A DNA stretch of 64,000 nucleotides from IMG/VR virus record IMGVR_UViG_3300036715_001865, positions 32,001-96,000 of that record, one strand, 5' to 3'. Source of the DNA: a virus. This document shows, piece by piece, positions 42,808 through 52,900 of the stretch (positions are counted from its first letter, which is position 1; every line of letters begins with the position of its first letter). The notes below the pieces were generated by a model. It had not been told where the DNA came from and searched no databases. It was given only the letters and a program-made list of their open reading frames with translations. Made by a program: the position numbers and the translations under genes.

Positions 42808-44280
42808 ATGTCATTTCAAACAAAACAAAAACAAATTTTGGAAGCCTCTAATGGTGGAGCAAATGCAAAAACATCATTTAGTGATATTATTGCCATTGGA
42901 ACTGTGGTAGATACTGCTGATCCAATGCAGTGGGGAAGAATCAGAGCAGTTGTTCCAGCTTGGGGGGATTCTTATGAACACGAAGTTGAAGGTATGGCAT
43001 GGTGTATGTATGTAACTCCATTTGGGGGACAAACAGCAGTTGGATCACGTGGTGCTGGCGTACAAACCACTGAAGGTGGAATATCATATGGTATGTGGGC
43101 AATACCAAAAGTTGGAGCACAGGTAGTAATTATGAGCTTGGACGAGGAACACCAACAGAGATTATTCATGGGGTGTGTATTTGATGCATTTGCTACTAAT
43201 ACGATGCCACACGGTAGATGGATTTCTGAAGACCATCCTGAATTATCTGATAAGCCTAAGGCTAAGCCTTATGGGCCATTTTCATCAGGAGACAAACTAA
43301 TACAACCATTAGCAGGTAATATACAGAAAGCGTTTGGTAATACCGATAAAGCATTTGAATGGCAATCTAGGGCATCTGATTATGCAGTATCTCGAGTTGA
43401 CGTTAGTCAGTTAAGTTATGCAACCACTAAAGTACAAGACGATAAAGAAGCTGATAATGGAAGTGGTTGGATAAGCACACAGGGGTATCAAGTAAGTAGA
43501 TTTGACCCAAATGGTGGCACTGGAATAAATGAAAAAAACTATGATTCTCAAGTGTATTCATTAACCTCACCAGGATTTCATTCTGTATCTATGGATGATA
43601 GAATGGAAAATTGTAGAATGCGATTAAGAACAATGTCAGGTCATCAAATATTAATGGATGATACCAATGAGCGTATTTATTTATCTACTGCTCAAGGTAA
43701 TAATTGGGTGGAGATGGACCAATCAGGAAACGTTGACATTTTTTCAAATAGTAGAGTGAGTATTAGATCAGCATCAGATATCAATCTTACGTCAGATGCA
43801 TCAATAAGAATGCATGCAAAAGCTGGTATTTACATGCATTCTGATACTGATGCTCGAGTGTTTGCAAAAGCTGGTATACATATCAAATCTGACGATAAGT
43901 TGTTTATTGAGTCAGGCAGTGACACAAATTTTAAGTCTGGTGGAGTGTTGAATATATCATCTCAAGGTGCTACTAATGTTAAATCTGGTCAAAAATTAAA
44001 TTTAACTGGTGGTGGAGCTATTAATGTGAGAGCTGGTGGAAATATATTATTAACTGGATCTCAAATACATTCTAATGGACCACAAGCAGAAGAAGCACAA
44101 AAAGCTGAACCAGCTGAACCAGCACCGTTCACTAATAGAGTGCCAGCACATGAGCCTTGGGCACGTGGATTAACAAAAAAAGATGACTCACATGAATCTG
44201 AACACAAGTACGATGACAAAAAGGTTAATAGGTTTGAAAGAGGGATAGAAATATTACGAGGGTTGTACTGGAGACGATAA
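42808..44280 (+). CDS. gp5: Baseplate central spike (gp5-like, no lysozyme domain)
   Basis: OB-fold 'GTVVDTADPMQWGRIRA..P', 'IPKVGAQV'; 'GHQILMDD'; short beta-helix repeats; terminal 'VPAHEPW'. Confidence 0.75.
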   Translation: MSFQTKQKQILEASNGGANAKTSFSDIIAIGTVVDTADPMQWGRIRAVVPAWGDSYEHEVEGMAWCMYVTPFGGQTAVGSRGAGVQTTEGGISYGMWAIPKVGAQVVIMSLDEEHQQRLFMGCVFDAFATNTMPHGRWISEDHPELSDKPKAKPYGPFSSGDKLIQPLAGNIQKAFGNTDKAFEWQSRASDYAVSRVDVSQLSYATTKVQDDKEADNGSGWISTQGYQVSRFDPNGGTGINEKNYDSQVYSLTSPGFHSVSMDDRMENCRMRLRTMSGHQILMDDTNERIYLSTAQGNNWVEMDQSGNVDIFSNSRVSIRSASDINLTSDASIRMHAKAGIYMHSDTDARVFAKAGIHIKSDDKLFIESGSDTNFKSGGVLNISSQGATNVKSGQKLNLTGGGAINVRAGGNILLTGSQIHSNGPQAEEAQKAEPAEPAPFTNRVPAHEPWARGLTKKDDSHESEHKYDDKKVNRFERGIEILRGLYWRR

Positions 44281-44284
44281 ATGT

Positions 44285-45850
44285 TTACCTCTTCCAACTC
44301 CATATAACATTTCCACAGTCCCAAAATTTATTATAATTATTATTAACCATATTTTCCCACTCTGTGAGAGTGGGATCAAAGGTTTGTAATTTGGTAACTA
44401 GTTTGTGTTTCTGAAACTGTATCCTAGAAAACACTACCAATGGATTTGAATTTTTGAAATAATAATAATTTGGAGCGGTTACTCCTATTTTATCAAAACC
44501 TATGTACATATACCAATTAGCTTCTCCCCACCTGTAATCATTATAAGAAATAATGGATGTTGGTTGAACTTGCTGCAAAAAGTGTTTGAATAATTTACTT
44601 GCTCCTCCTATTACATTAATATCTACAGCCGAACAAAATCTTATTAATTCAAACTCATAAGCCTTGTTATATCTTGGCCTTCCAAATGTCATTATGGCTA
44701 CTAATTTATTATCATACTCTAGTCCAAATGAATATTTTGCCCCACAGTATCCTTGAGTGTGGTTATGTTCTAAAAATTCTATTGCATTAGCCCGGGGCAC
44801 TTGAACTAGTTTGCATTTTCTTGCTGGTATACTTATCGTTTGGTGTACCATTGATCTGATTCTAGATTTCACAATGTGTTTATTGAAATACCAATCATGT
44901 TCAAAAATATGTACTAATTTTATACCCAACATAGCACATCTATTTGTTTTGTTTATGTGGTATTGTTTATCGTGAAATCGGGCGGAGTGCCAAAAATTCC
45001 CATTAAATTCAAATGCTAAGTTTAACTCTGGAATATACACATCTAATTCCAATGGAGGAATTATGTTTCTACTTGATTGTATTATTTTACAATCAAGTTC
45101 CGACTGGAGAAAATGAACTAGTTCATTTTCTCCAGTCGATGTACCCCAACAAATTTCAATATTGTGTTTTTGTCGATATCTAGTTAAACAACTAGGTGAT
45201 ACCCCCAATTCTAAGGATATATCATACAGTGAACTAATTGCGCATTTATTAGACATCCAAATAGGGTCGTTTAGTTTTAATAAAGAATCTTCAGAAATAT
45301 GTTGCTGTTTAATATATTTAGCTCCATACTTATCTTGCATGGTACTCTCCCTATTGTGGGTACTAAATTCTCCTCTGGGTGGATACAACTGTCCATATTT
45401 TGTATATAGTGTAGATTGAACTGTTTCTTTCCACCCTGGTAGTTGGGTGTTGTGCTCGACCCCATATCGTGCTAACATAGTTTGTTTTTGTTTTTGTTTT
45501 CTGTTACTAATCAGTTCGTGGTTATTATCCCTAGCTTGAATACTTAATTTCCAACTATCTAATTGTGTGTTGTGAGACACTCCGTGATTTGCCATCAATG
45601 TTGCTTTCTGCTTCTCAGCAAATTTAGGTACCATTGCCGAATGGGGTGCACCATACCTAGTTACCATAGTAGCTTGTCTTGATTTCGCTATATCTGGGTC
45701 AGCATACATGCATGCTGTTGAACAATATGTTCCAAATTGTCCTTTAGTTGGTTGCCACCGAACATGATTATCACATTGTTTGCATTTTATAGGAAGAGTT
45801 TTGTTGTGAATAGATAGCCACTCTTGTTGCTTCTTGGTTATTTTTTGCAT
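44285..45850 (-). CDS. Hef-like endonuclease with GNAT/Mom-like module, antisense within the baseplate cluster
   Basis: Zn motif and RYG repeats; ELDVYIPELNLAFEFNGNFWHS; NHTQG...FELIRF...GGASKL...SYNDYRW...FWDCG. Confidence 0.8.
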   Translation of the reverse strand: MQKITKKQQEWLSIHNKTLPIKCKQCDNHVRWQPTKGQFGTYCSTACMYADPDIAKSRQATMVTRYGAPHSAMVPKFAEKQKATLMANHGVSHNTQLDSWKLSIQARDNNHELISNRKQKQKQTMLARYGVEHNTQLPGWKETVQSTLYTKYGQLYPPRGEFSTHNRESTMQDKYGAKYIKQQHISEDSLLKLNDPIWMSNKCAISSLYDISLELGVSPSCLTRYRQKHNIEICWGTSTGENELVHFLQSELDCKIIQSSRNIIPPLELDVYIPELNLAFEFNGNFWHSARFHDKQYHINKTNRCAMLGIKLVHIFEHDWYFNKHIVKSRIRSMVHQTISIPARKCKLVQVPRANAIEFLEHNHTQGYCGAKYSFGLEYDNKLVAIMTFGRPRYNKAYEFELIRFCSAVDINVIGGASKLFKHFLQQVQPTSIISYNDYRWGEANWYMYIGFDKIGVTAPNYYYFKNSNPLVVFSRIQFQKHKLVTKLQTFDPTLTEWENMVNNNYNKFWDCGNVIWSWKR

Positions 45851-45882
45851 GGGGGATAATTATTAGTAATAAGTATAAATAT

Positions 45883-45911
45883 ATTATACTGTATAAGATG
45901 GAAGAAATCAA
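45883..45911 (-). promoter_or_regulatory. sigma70-type promoter of the antisense endonuclease
   Basis: TTGATT(45911-45906)-N17-TATAAT(45888-45883). Confidence 0.7.
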
Positions 45912-46293
45912 CATGATAAAAGGTTTATATTCAGGATTTAGTACATATGAGTACCAACACACTAAGTCTTTCGTGTTGTCAGATATTGAGTTGGTAAAAA
46001 TGGATTTATTAAATCACATATATACAAGGAAAGGAGAGCGAGTTATGATGCCAAATTGGGGAACAAGAATTCCTGAATTGGCATTTGAACCACTTGACCA
46101 AATCACTCTTGATATTTTAGAAGAGGACTTAAGAGCAGTTATTGCATTTGACCCTAGAGTACAGTTGTTAGAACTATCAATAATCCCGAAATATGATGAT
46201 AATTATGTAATAGCTGCTGCTAAGTTGTTATACATTGAATTAAATATGACAGGTTCACTAAATCTCCACATTACGTTTGAAGGCAGTTCATAA
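45898..46293 (+). CDS. gp25: Baseplate wedge subunit gp25
   Basis: 'DIELVKMDLLNHIYTRKGERVMMPNWGTRI...FEP', 'FDPRV'. The true start may be ATG 45913. Confidence 0.92.
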   Translation: MEEINMIKGLYSGFSTYEYQHTKSFVLSDIELVKMDLLNHIYTRKGERVMMPNWGTRIPELAFEPLDQITLDILEEDLRAVIAFDPRVQLLELSIIPKYDDNYVIAAAKLLYIELNMTGSLNLHITFEGSS

Positions 46294-46369
46294 CCAACTT
46301 TATGTAAGTTATTGATGAGCTGTCACATGTATAAATAATGATATAAACTGATTAGAAGAGAACATCAAC

Positions 46370-49300
46370 ATGTCAAGACTTGTAGCACGAGCAGAAAATT
46401 GGGAAAAGGTATATGAGGCATTCCACAATGTCAATTTTGCTGCGTTTGATTATAATACTATCAAACAAAGTTTGTTGGATTATATTAAATTATATTTTCC
46501 TGAAACATTTAATGACTACATAGAAAGTTCAGAGTTTATTGCTCTTATTGAGTCTTTTGCGTATGTAGCTGAGTTGATTGCTTATAGGCTGGATATTGAT
46601 GCTCATGAAAACTTTATTACTGTAGCCCAACGCAAAGATTCAATCTTACGATTGGCCAAATTAGTATCCTACTCAGCTGATAGACCATTACCAGCAAGAG
46701 GATTAGTTAAATTAACTTCCGTAAAAACTACAGAAAATCTTATTGATGCTAATGGGATTAATTTATCCAACAGAACAATCCGTTGGAATGATGTTACAAA
46801 TTTGAACTGGAAAGATCAATTTATCCTTGTTATGGATAGAATTTTAACACAAGAATTTGGAACAGTAAAATCATCTGATAGATTTCAAATAGAAAACGTG
46901 TTATTTGAATTGTATGCATTAAATATTAGTCCATTAACCTCTGGAGCTATGCCATATAATGCAACCGTAAACAATAAATCATTGAATATGGAATTAGTAC
47001 CAGTTGAATATAATTCAACTGATGGTATTATTGAACGACGTCCATATAATGGAGCAAATTTTACCCTATTGTATGGTAGAGACGGATTGGGAGATTCATC
47101 AGATACCACAGGATTCTTTTGTTTTACAAAACAAGGAACATTAAGAAGGTTTCGTAAAGAATTTGATGGAGTAACACCTAATCAAACATATGAAATCCCA
47201 ATGAACAACGCCAACGAAACAGATGTTTGGGTTAATAATGTTGATCCCATCACTGGCAAAATTTTAGATATTCCACACCTTTTACCACAAAAAAGAGATA
47301 TACAAACAGGGTATACAGGTGAGTGGGTTCAAGTTGATTTGGCACACGCTCAAAACGTTATTTTTAACACTAACCCACGTAGAGCAAAATATGAAGTAGA
47401 GACTAGAGATAATAGTAGAGCACGAATAATCTTTGGTGATGGGGAATTTGCTGACATTCCATCTGGCACGTTTGACTTTTGGTTACGTGAATCTGTTGAT
47501 GAAGATATTATCATCTCACAATCATCTGTGGTCGATAAAACTATATCAATGACCTATGTGGACCAATATAACAGAACTCAAACATTTTCTTTTACATTCT
47601 CACTAATTAATTCGTTGCAGAATAATTCCTCAGCGGAAACTTTGGAACATATTAGAACTACTGCTCCAGCTGTATACTATTCCCAAGACCGTATGGTTAA
47701 TGGTCAAGATTATAACAATTTCATGTTACAAGATTCTTCGATTTTAAAACTGAGATCGTTGAATAGAACATTTGCAGGGGATTCCAAATATATTACTTGG
47801 CATGACCCAAGTACCACGTATGAAAATGTTAAATTGGTGGGAAACGATGGAGCTTTGTATTTTTACGAAAAAACTGAAGGGCAAGTTACGTCCGTTGTTC
47901 CAGATATTAATAGTTTAATCACTTCTTTTATTGAGCCATTACTATCATCAACTGATATATTTTTGTATGTATCTAGTTTTGGTGTACCCATATCGAAGTT
48001 TAGACGAAGTTTCAATACAACTGAATATGAGAGATTGTCTATTAATTTAACTCCTCCACCTTCACCAACCACAATAAAAATGTATTATAATTTGGTAACA
48101 TTTGATTGGTTTGTGCTTAGAACCTCAGATGACCCAAGCACAAACCTGGATATGTTAGCAGCAGGGTGGCCACAAAGTTTTATTGGAACTCCATTAATCA
48201 CAGTATCTCAACAACAAACAGAACAAAAATATGTTGTTAATAGACAAGCCAAAAGATTGATTTTTCAAAGCCCAACTACAACATTCTGGAATACCAACAA
48301 TGCGTCTAGTGTTATTGATTATAATACATTAGCATCTAATTTTGATAAAATTTGCATCTTGCAAGCAAACTCAAACTATAACCGTGATAGTATCCTAAAA
48401 AGAAATTGGAATTTTAATGTTCTAGGAGTGGAAAGTATTGAAACTGGTATTAACGTTGGATTAACGGATATTAATAGATTATCAGTTATACCTGTTGATG
48501 AAAACGGTGACGGTGTACCTGATCATATGGATATCAATGACAGTAGTAGCCCGTTAGGTTTAGCTGATATAATGAAACCTAAAATTACTGTTGACTTGGT
48601 TGGGGTATTAAATCCATTACCAAGTGCTGGTATCAGAGTGGTGTTACCTATATATTATGTTGTAGGCCAAAGTGACGTATCAGTAACCAGTTTAAGTGGA
48701 AAAGATGTTGTATTTGGTGTTGATTGGATCGAAGATGCAGTTGATGCCACATTAATTTCCAACGCAATTATTCTTAAAGGAAATGTATTGGGCGGTTCGT
48801 TGGTTGAAATTTCAGTGAACGATTATGTGTACTTTGTAAGAGATACTCCATATAGTGAATGGACTGTAGCTGGAAGTACACCGGACAATATGACATATTA
48901 TGTTGTGGAACAATCCATTGATAGGGAATTGGCTAATATAGGTAGTAATGGACTTGGATTAGTTAAGCGTGAAATAGGTAGATCAGATTTGAATTTTATG
49001 TGGTTTCATCATTCACCTCGGTACCATCTTATCGATCCAGCTGCTTCAAATATAATAGACACCCTTATAATTCAAAAGGGATATTTCTTTGCTCTTAAAC
49101 GTTGGTTGGAAGACCCATTAGCACCCGCTCCTATTCCACCTACCCCACTGGATTTGAGATTAGCGTATGGATACCTGTTGAAAAATAAGATGATATCTGA
49201 TACAGTTGTATTACATCCTGGGAAAATAAAATTGTTATTTGGACCAAAAGCTATATTACCAGTTCAATCTAGGTTTAAAGTTATTAGAACATCTGATAAC

Positions 49301-49846
49301 TCAATGACTGATAACCAGATTAAAACTATAATAGTGTCCACCATTCGTAACTTTTTCGACTTAACAGTGTGGGAGTTTGGGGAAACCTTTTATTTTACAG
49401 AATTGGCAACCGCTATACACGCATCATTACCAATAGAAATTTCAACCGTGGTTATGGTACCTGTGTATTCAGGTAGTTATTTTGGTGATTTGTTTCAAAT
49501 TCAAGCTCAAGAGGATGAGTTATTTTACCCTGATATATCTGTAAATGACATTGATATTGTAACAGAAATCAACTCAACAATAATTAAATCTGGAACAAAA
49601 ACAATTTGTCCAATTCAACAACCTAATGTATCAGCTGCAGTAACATATGAGTATGCGGATGAATTTACACAACTAGTGCCAGCAATAACCTGGACGGTAG
49701 TTCACGACTTGGGTTACTACCCAATTGTGAGTGTGTTTGATTCTGCTGCTAATGAAATAGTTCCATTAACAGTTGACCACTTATCTAACAAAAAAATATC
49801 TATCACATTTGGAGCACTGACTGTGGGTACAGTTAGATTAGTTTAA
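46370..49846 (+). CDS. gp6: Baseplate wedge subunit gp6-like (extended)
   Basis: 'DYNTIKQSL..YIK..FPE.FND..ESSE', 'ENFI..AQRKDSIL.LAKLVSY', 'ETLEHIR..AP..Y..QDRMV..QDY'. Confidence 0.85.
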   Translation: MSRLVARAENWEKVYEAFHNVNFAAFDYNTIKQSLLDYIKLYFPETFNDYIESSEFIALIESFAYVAELIAYRLDIDAHENFITVAQRKDSILRLAKLVSYSADRPLPARGLVKLTSVKTTENLIDANGINLSNRTIRWNDVTNLNWKDQFILVMDRILTQEFGTVKSSDRFQIENVLFELYALNISPLTSGAMPYNATVNNKSLNMELVPVEYNSTDGIIERRPYNGANFTLLYGRDGLGDSSDTTGFFCFTKQGTLRRFRKEFDGVTPNQTYEIPMNNANETDVWVNNVDPITGKILDIPHLLPQKRDIQTGYTGEWVQVDLAHAQNVIFNTNPRRAKYEVETRDNSRARIIFGDGEFADIPSGTFDFWLRESVDEDIIISQSSVVDKTISMTYVDQYNRTQTFSFTFSLINSLQNNSSAETLEHIRTTAPAVYYSQDRMVNGQDYNNFMLQDSSILKLRSLNRTFAGDSKYITWHDPSTTYENVKLVGNDGALYFYEKTEGQVTSVVPDINSLITSFIEPLLSSTDIFLYVSSFGVPISKFRRSFNTTEYERLSINLTPPPSPTTIKMYYNLVTFDWFVLRTSDDPSTNLDMLAAGWPQSFIGTPLITVSQQQTEQKYVVNRQAKRLIFQSPTTTFWNTNNASSVIDYNTLASNFDKICILQANSNYNRDSILKRNWNFNVLGVESIETGINVGLTDINRLSVIPVDENGDGVPDHMDINDSSSPLGLADIMKPKITVDLVGVLNPLPSAGIRVVLPIYYVVGQSDVSVTSLSGKDVVFGVDWIEDAVDATLISNAIILKGNVLGGSLVEISVNDYVYFVRDTPYSEWTVAGSTPDNMTYYVVEQSIDRELANIGSNGLGLVKREIGRSDLNFMWFHHSPRYHLIDPAASNIIDTLIIQKGYFFALKRWLEDPLAPAPIPPTPLDLRLAYGYLLKNKMISDTVVLHPGKIKLLFGPKAILPVQSRFKVIRTSDNSMTDNQIKTIIVSTIRNFFDLTVWEFGETFYFTELATAIHASLPIEISTVVMVPVYSGSYFGDLFQIQAQEDELFYPDISVNDIDIVTEINSTIIKSGTKTICPIQQPNVSAAVTYEYADEFTQLVPAITWTVVHDLGYYPIVSVFDSAANEIVPLTVDHLSNKKISITFGALTVGTVRLV

Positions 49847-49862
49847 AACCATGGGTTTATAC

Positions 49863-49915
49863 CATAGGTAACCCTCTTATAAATATTAAAATGATATAAG
49901 AGGAACTTACCTGTG
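49863..49915 (+). promoter_or_regulatory. Late promoter inside a hairpin that sequesters the SD and GTG start
   Basis: CATAGGTAA/TTACCTGTG and CCTCTTATA/TATAAGAGG stems; TATAAATA at 49878-49885. Confidence 0.75.
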
Positions 49916-52900
49916 GCTAACAACAAATATTCAGATCACAACAAATCACAAATTAACTTTGGTGGATATATACCAGGGGTATATCACTCTGATGTAAATG
50001 ATACTATGACTGATGTAGTATTTGATAGATATTTTACCAAAGATGATACGGTCCAAGTTACTGGGTTTGTTGGAACAGGTAACCCTACAGCATTAATTAA
50101 TAGACAAATTCAAGAGGTGTCATACGATACCCATGACTTAGCACATAGACAAGCATATCAACTTGCACCCACAATTTACAATAAAGTTGGAACTGTTGAA
50201 ACATCTATGTCATTTCAAAACTTCTTAACTCAACTCGAACTTCAAGGTGTTGAAATTAATAGATTGCCAATATGGGGAGCAGCAACTACATTTAACTGGG
50301 TTCCACCTATTAATATTGACATGCTAGTCAACTACCAAGATTATTTCTGGGATGGTGAGACCTTTGCTGATACTCCTCAATATTTTACAATCGAAAATGT
50401 CTGCAATAAATCCACTGACAAACTAACATCTTATAATATGTTGATGCAACAAAGAGGCATTCATGTATCCATAGTTTCAGTTGATTTTGCTACCAATTCA
50501 TTTAACATTCATGGAAAGTGGGATAATATTTTTGTGTTGGATTATTCTTTCCGCACTTCATTATCATCGACTCCTAATTTAGACAATAAAAATTGGAAAA
50601 CCACAAATGTTGTATATGACAATATGGGTGATAATACAAAAGTTACTGTGCAAGAACAAATAGCTCCTACTGTTCAACCAACTTCACCTATTTTAGGAGA
50701 TTGGTGGTTCAATTCTACAACAAATAATCTGTTTATTTGGAGTGGTACTGTATGGAATGAGTACACAGATTCTATCATGTCACAAGTTGTGATTCCAGCT
50801 CTATTTGTTGTAGAAGGTATTTCATTTGATACCAATGCGTTCATAATCAACGGAAAGCAAGATGATATTTTTGCTCCTGGATTTGTGTTTGTCACAAAAG
50901 ATAGTAACAATTCAAACTTACAACAAAAATATTGGACAGTATACTCTGTACACTTTGACGAAATTACTAACAAAACTACGGTCTTTACTGCTGAATCTTT
51001 AGCCCTACGCAGCGAAACACCTCCATCATCCCCCACATTTATTGGACAATGGTGGTATAATCCAGTCACCAAGGTGTTGAGTGCATGGAATGGAACCACT
51101 TGGACAGCGGTATCAAAAAATGTTATTGTAAACATATCATTAGCAGAGTTGATGGTAATATTCCAATCACAGTTGAACTGTAAATGCCAACATGAGCGTG
51201 GTTGGGATATTGGACAATGGGATGATAATAGCATCGGAAATGTTGCTTGGAATACCAATCTATTGGCTACTATTTCATTTGGAGCAGAGTCTGAATGGAT
51301 GATATACAACACCAACCACCCTGAAACTGAAATGGTTGTTAGTGGAGTAATTCAACCATTATCTCTATGGTATGATACTACCACAAATAATTTATATCAA
51401 TTTGGGGATATTATCCACCAATCACCATCTAGTATCGATTATAGTCCTATATGGAATAAAGTTGCAGCAAATTTTTCTGCTGTATTGCAACTAACTACCT
51501 CTCAAGAAAATTGGGACTATAGTATGGATTGTGATGTACAAACGTTAAACCAATGGTCTAGTCAAAATGATTGGCAACATAAAACAGCCATAAACACATT
51601 TGCTAATGTGAAACGAGCACAACTGCCAATTTTTGAGTATGATTCACAATTGGAATTAAATGAATGGACGAAATTTACCCACAAATGGAAATACCGTCAT
51701 GATCCAGCTGGAACATTTATTCCAACTTCTGTAAGTCCATCTAGGTTGGAATTAGAGCCTATTAAAGCATATAGAGTAGCAGTCATTGGTACAAGTTGGT
51801 ACATCTATCTGTTTGATAATCAATTAAGTACATCTGTTAATGTTAATCTAACAGACTTATTTGTTCCAGGATACAAATTTAGGGTGGTGGATGATATTGG
51901 TTCCTCTAGTGTGTTCACAGTTGAGTGGTCAGAATTCAGATCTTTGGTTAATGCAACCGATCCTAGATTAGTAAGTGATAGTATGGCAACTGTTGTTAAA
52001 ATTAAAGAAACTATTTTTAACGCTTCTAGTGTTGGTGGAGGTATCACCAACACTAGAATTGTACCAAATACCACATCTATTGGAGACATTTGGAATGGAT
52101 ACCATATGCATTGGTGTTTAGACGTAAATGCAACAACATCTGTTGCTACTCAACCCCAACCATTGGATATTTTTAAAGCAGATATAACATCTTCTTACCA
52201 AGCTGTTATAGGAAACCCTGATTTGGTAGGATTCTTGCCACAAGTAGCAGCTGTTAATATTGGGAAATCCTTCCAAGAGATTGTAGTTGATATCGATGGT
52301 GTGGATATAATTGATTTAGTACCTACATTAAAGTACAATCCAACAAAAGCTCGACCATACGCAATAGTTGGAAGTGGAATGCTAAGAGTTTATATTAACG
52401 GAATACGTCAATATGGCACATATGATGAAATACCAACAACAGCAGTTATGAATTATACTGCTGTTGGGATTTCTGTTGTTACTAATACAGAGTTCCAATT
52501 TGTAGCAGGGGTACAATTCAAACCAACTATCACTATTCACATCGGTGATGTGGTACGTATGGAAGTTGGTGTTGCTTCATTTAATGATATGGGAGTGTAT
52601 TCAGTCCCAGTTAGAACTATTGAAGATAATGAACAATTTGCTACATTTGTTGGTAGTGGACTTCAACCAACTTACCAAAGTATGTCACAATATGGACTAC
52701 TAGAGCAAGTTAAAACAAGTGTAAATCAGTATCCACAATTTAATATATACAACATTGTTACAGGAGATGTTGTTCTATCATCACCAATCATCACATTTAA
52801 AGAATCACCAACTGTACCTGTTAATAGATCAGTTCAACGTAGAATTGTAACTTCTGGTGATGATTTTGAATTTGAACAACATTTATTAGATGACAACGAT

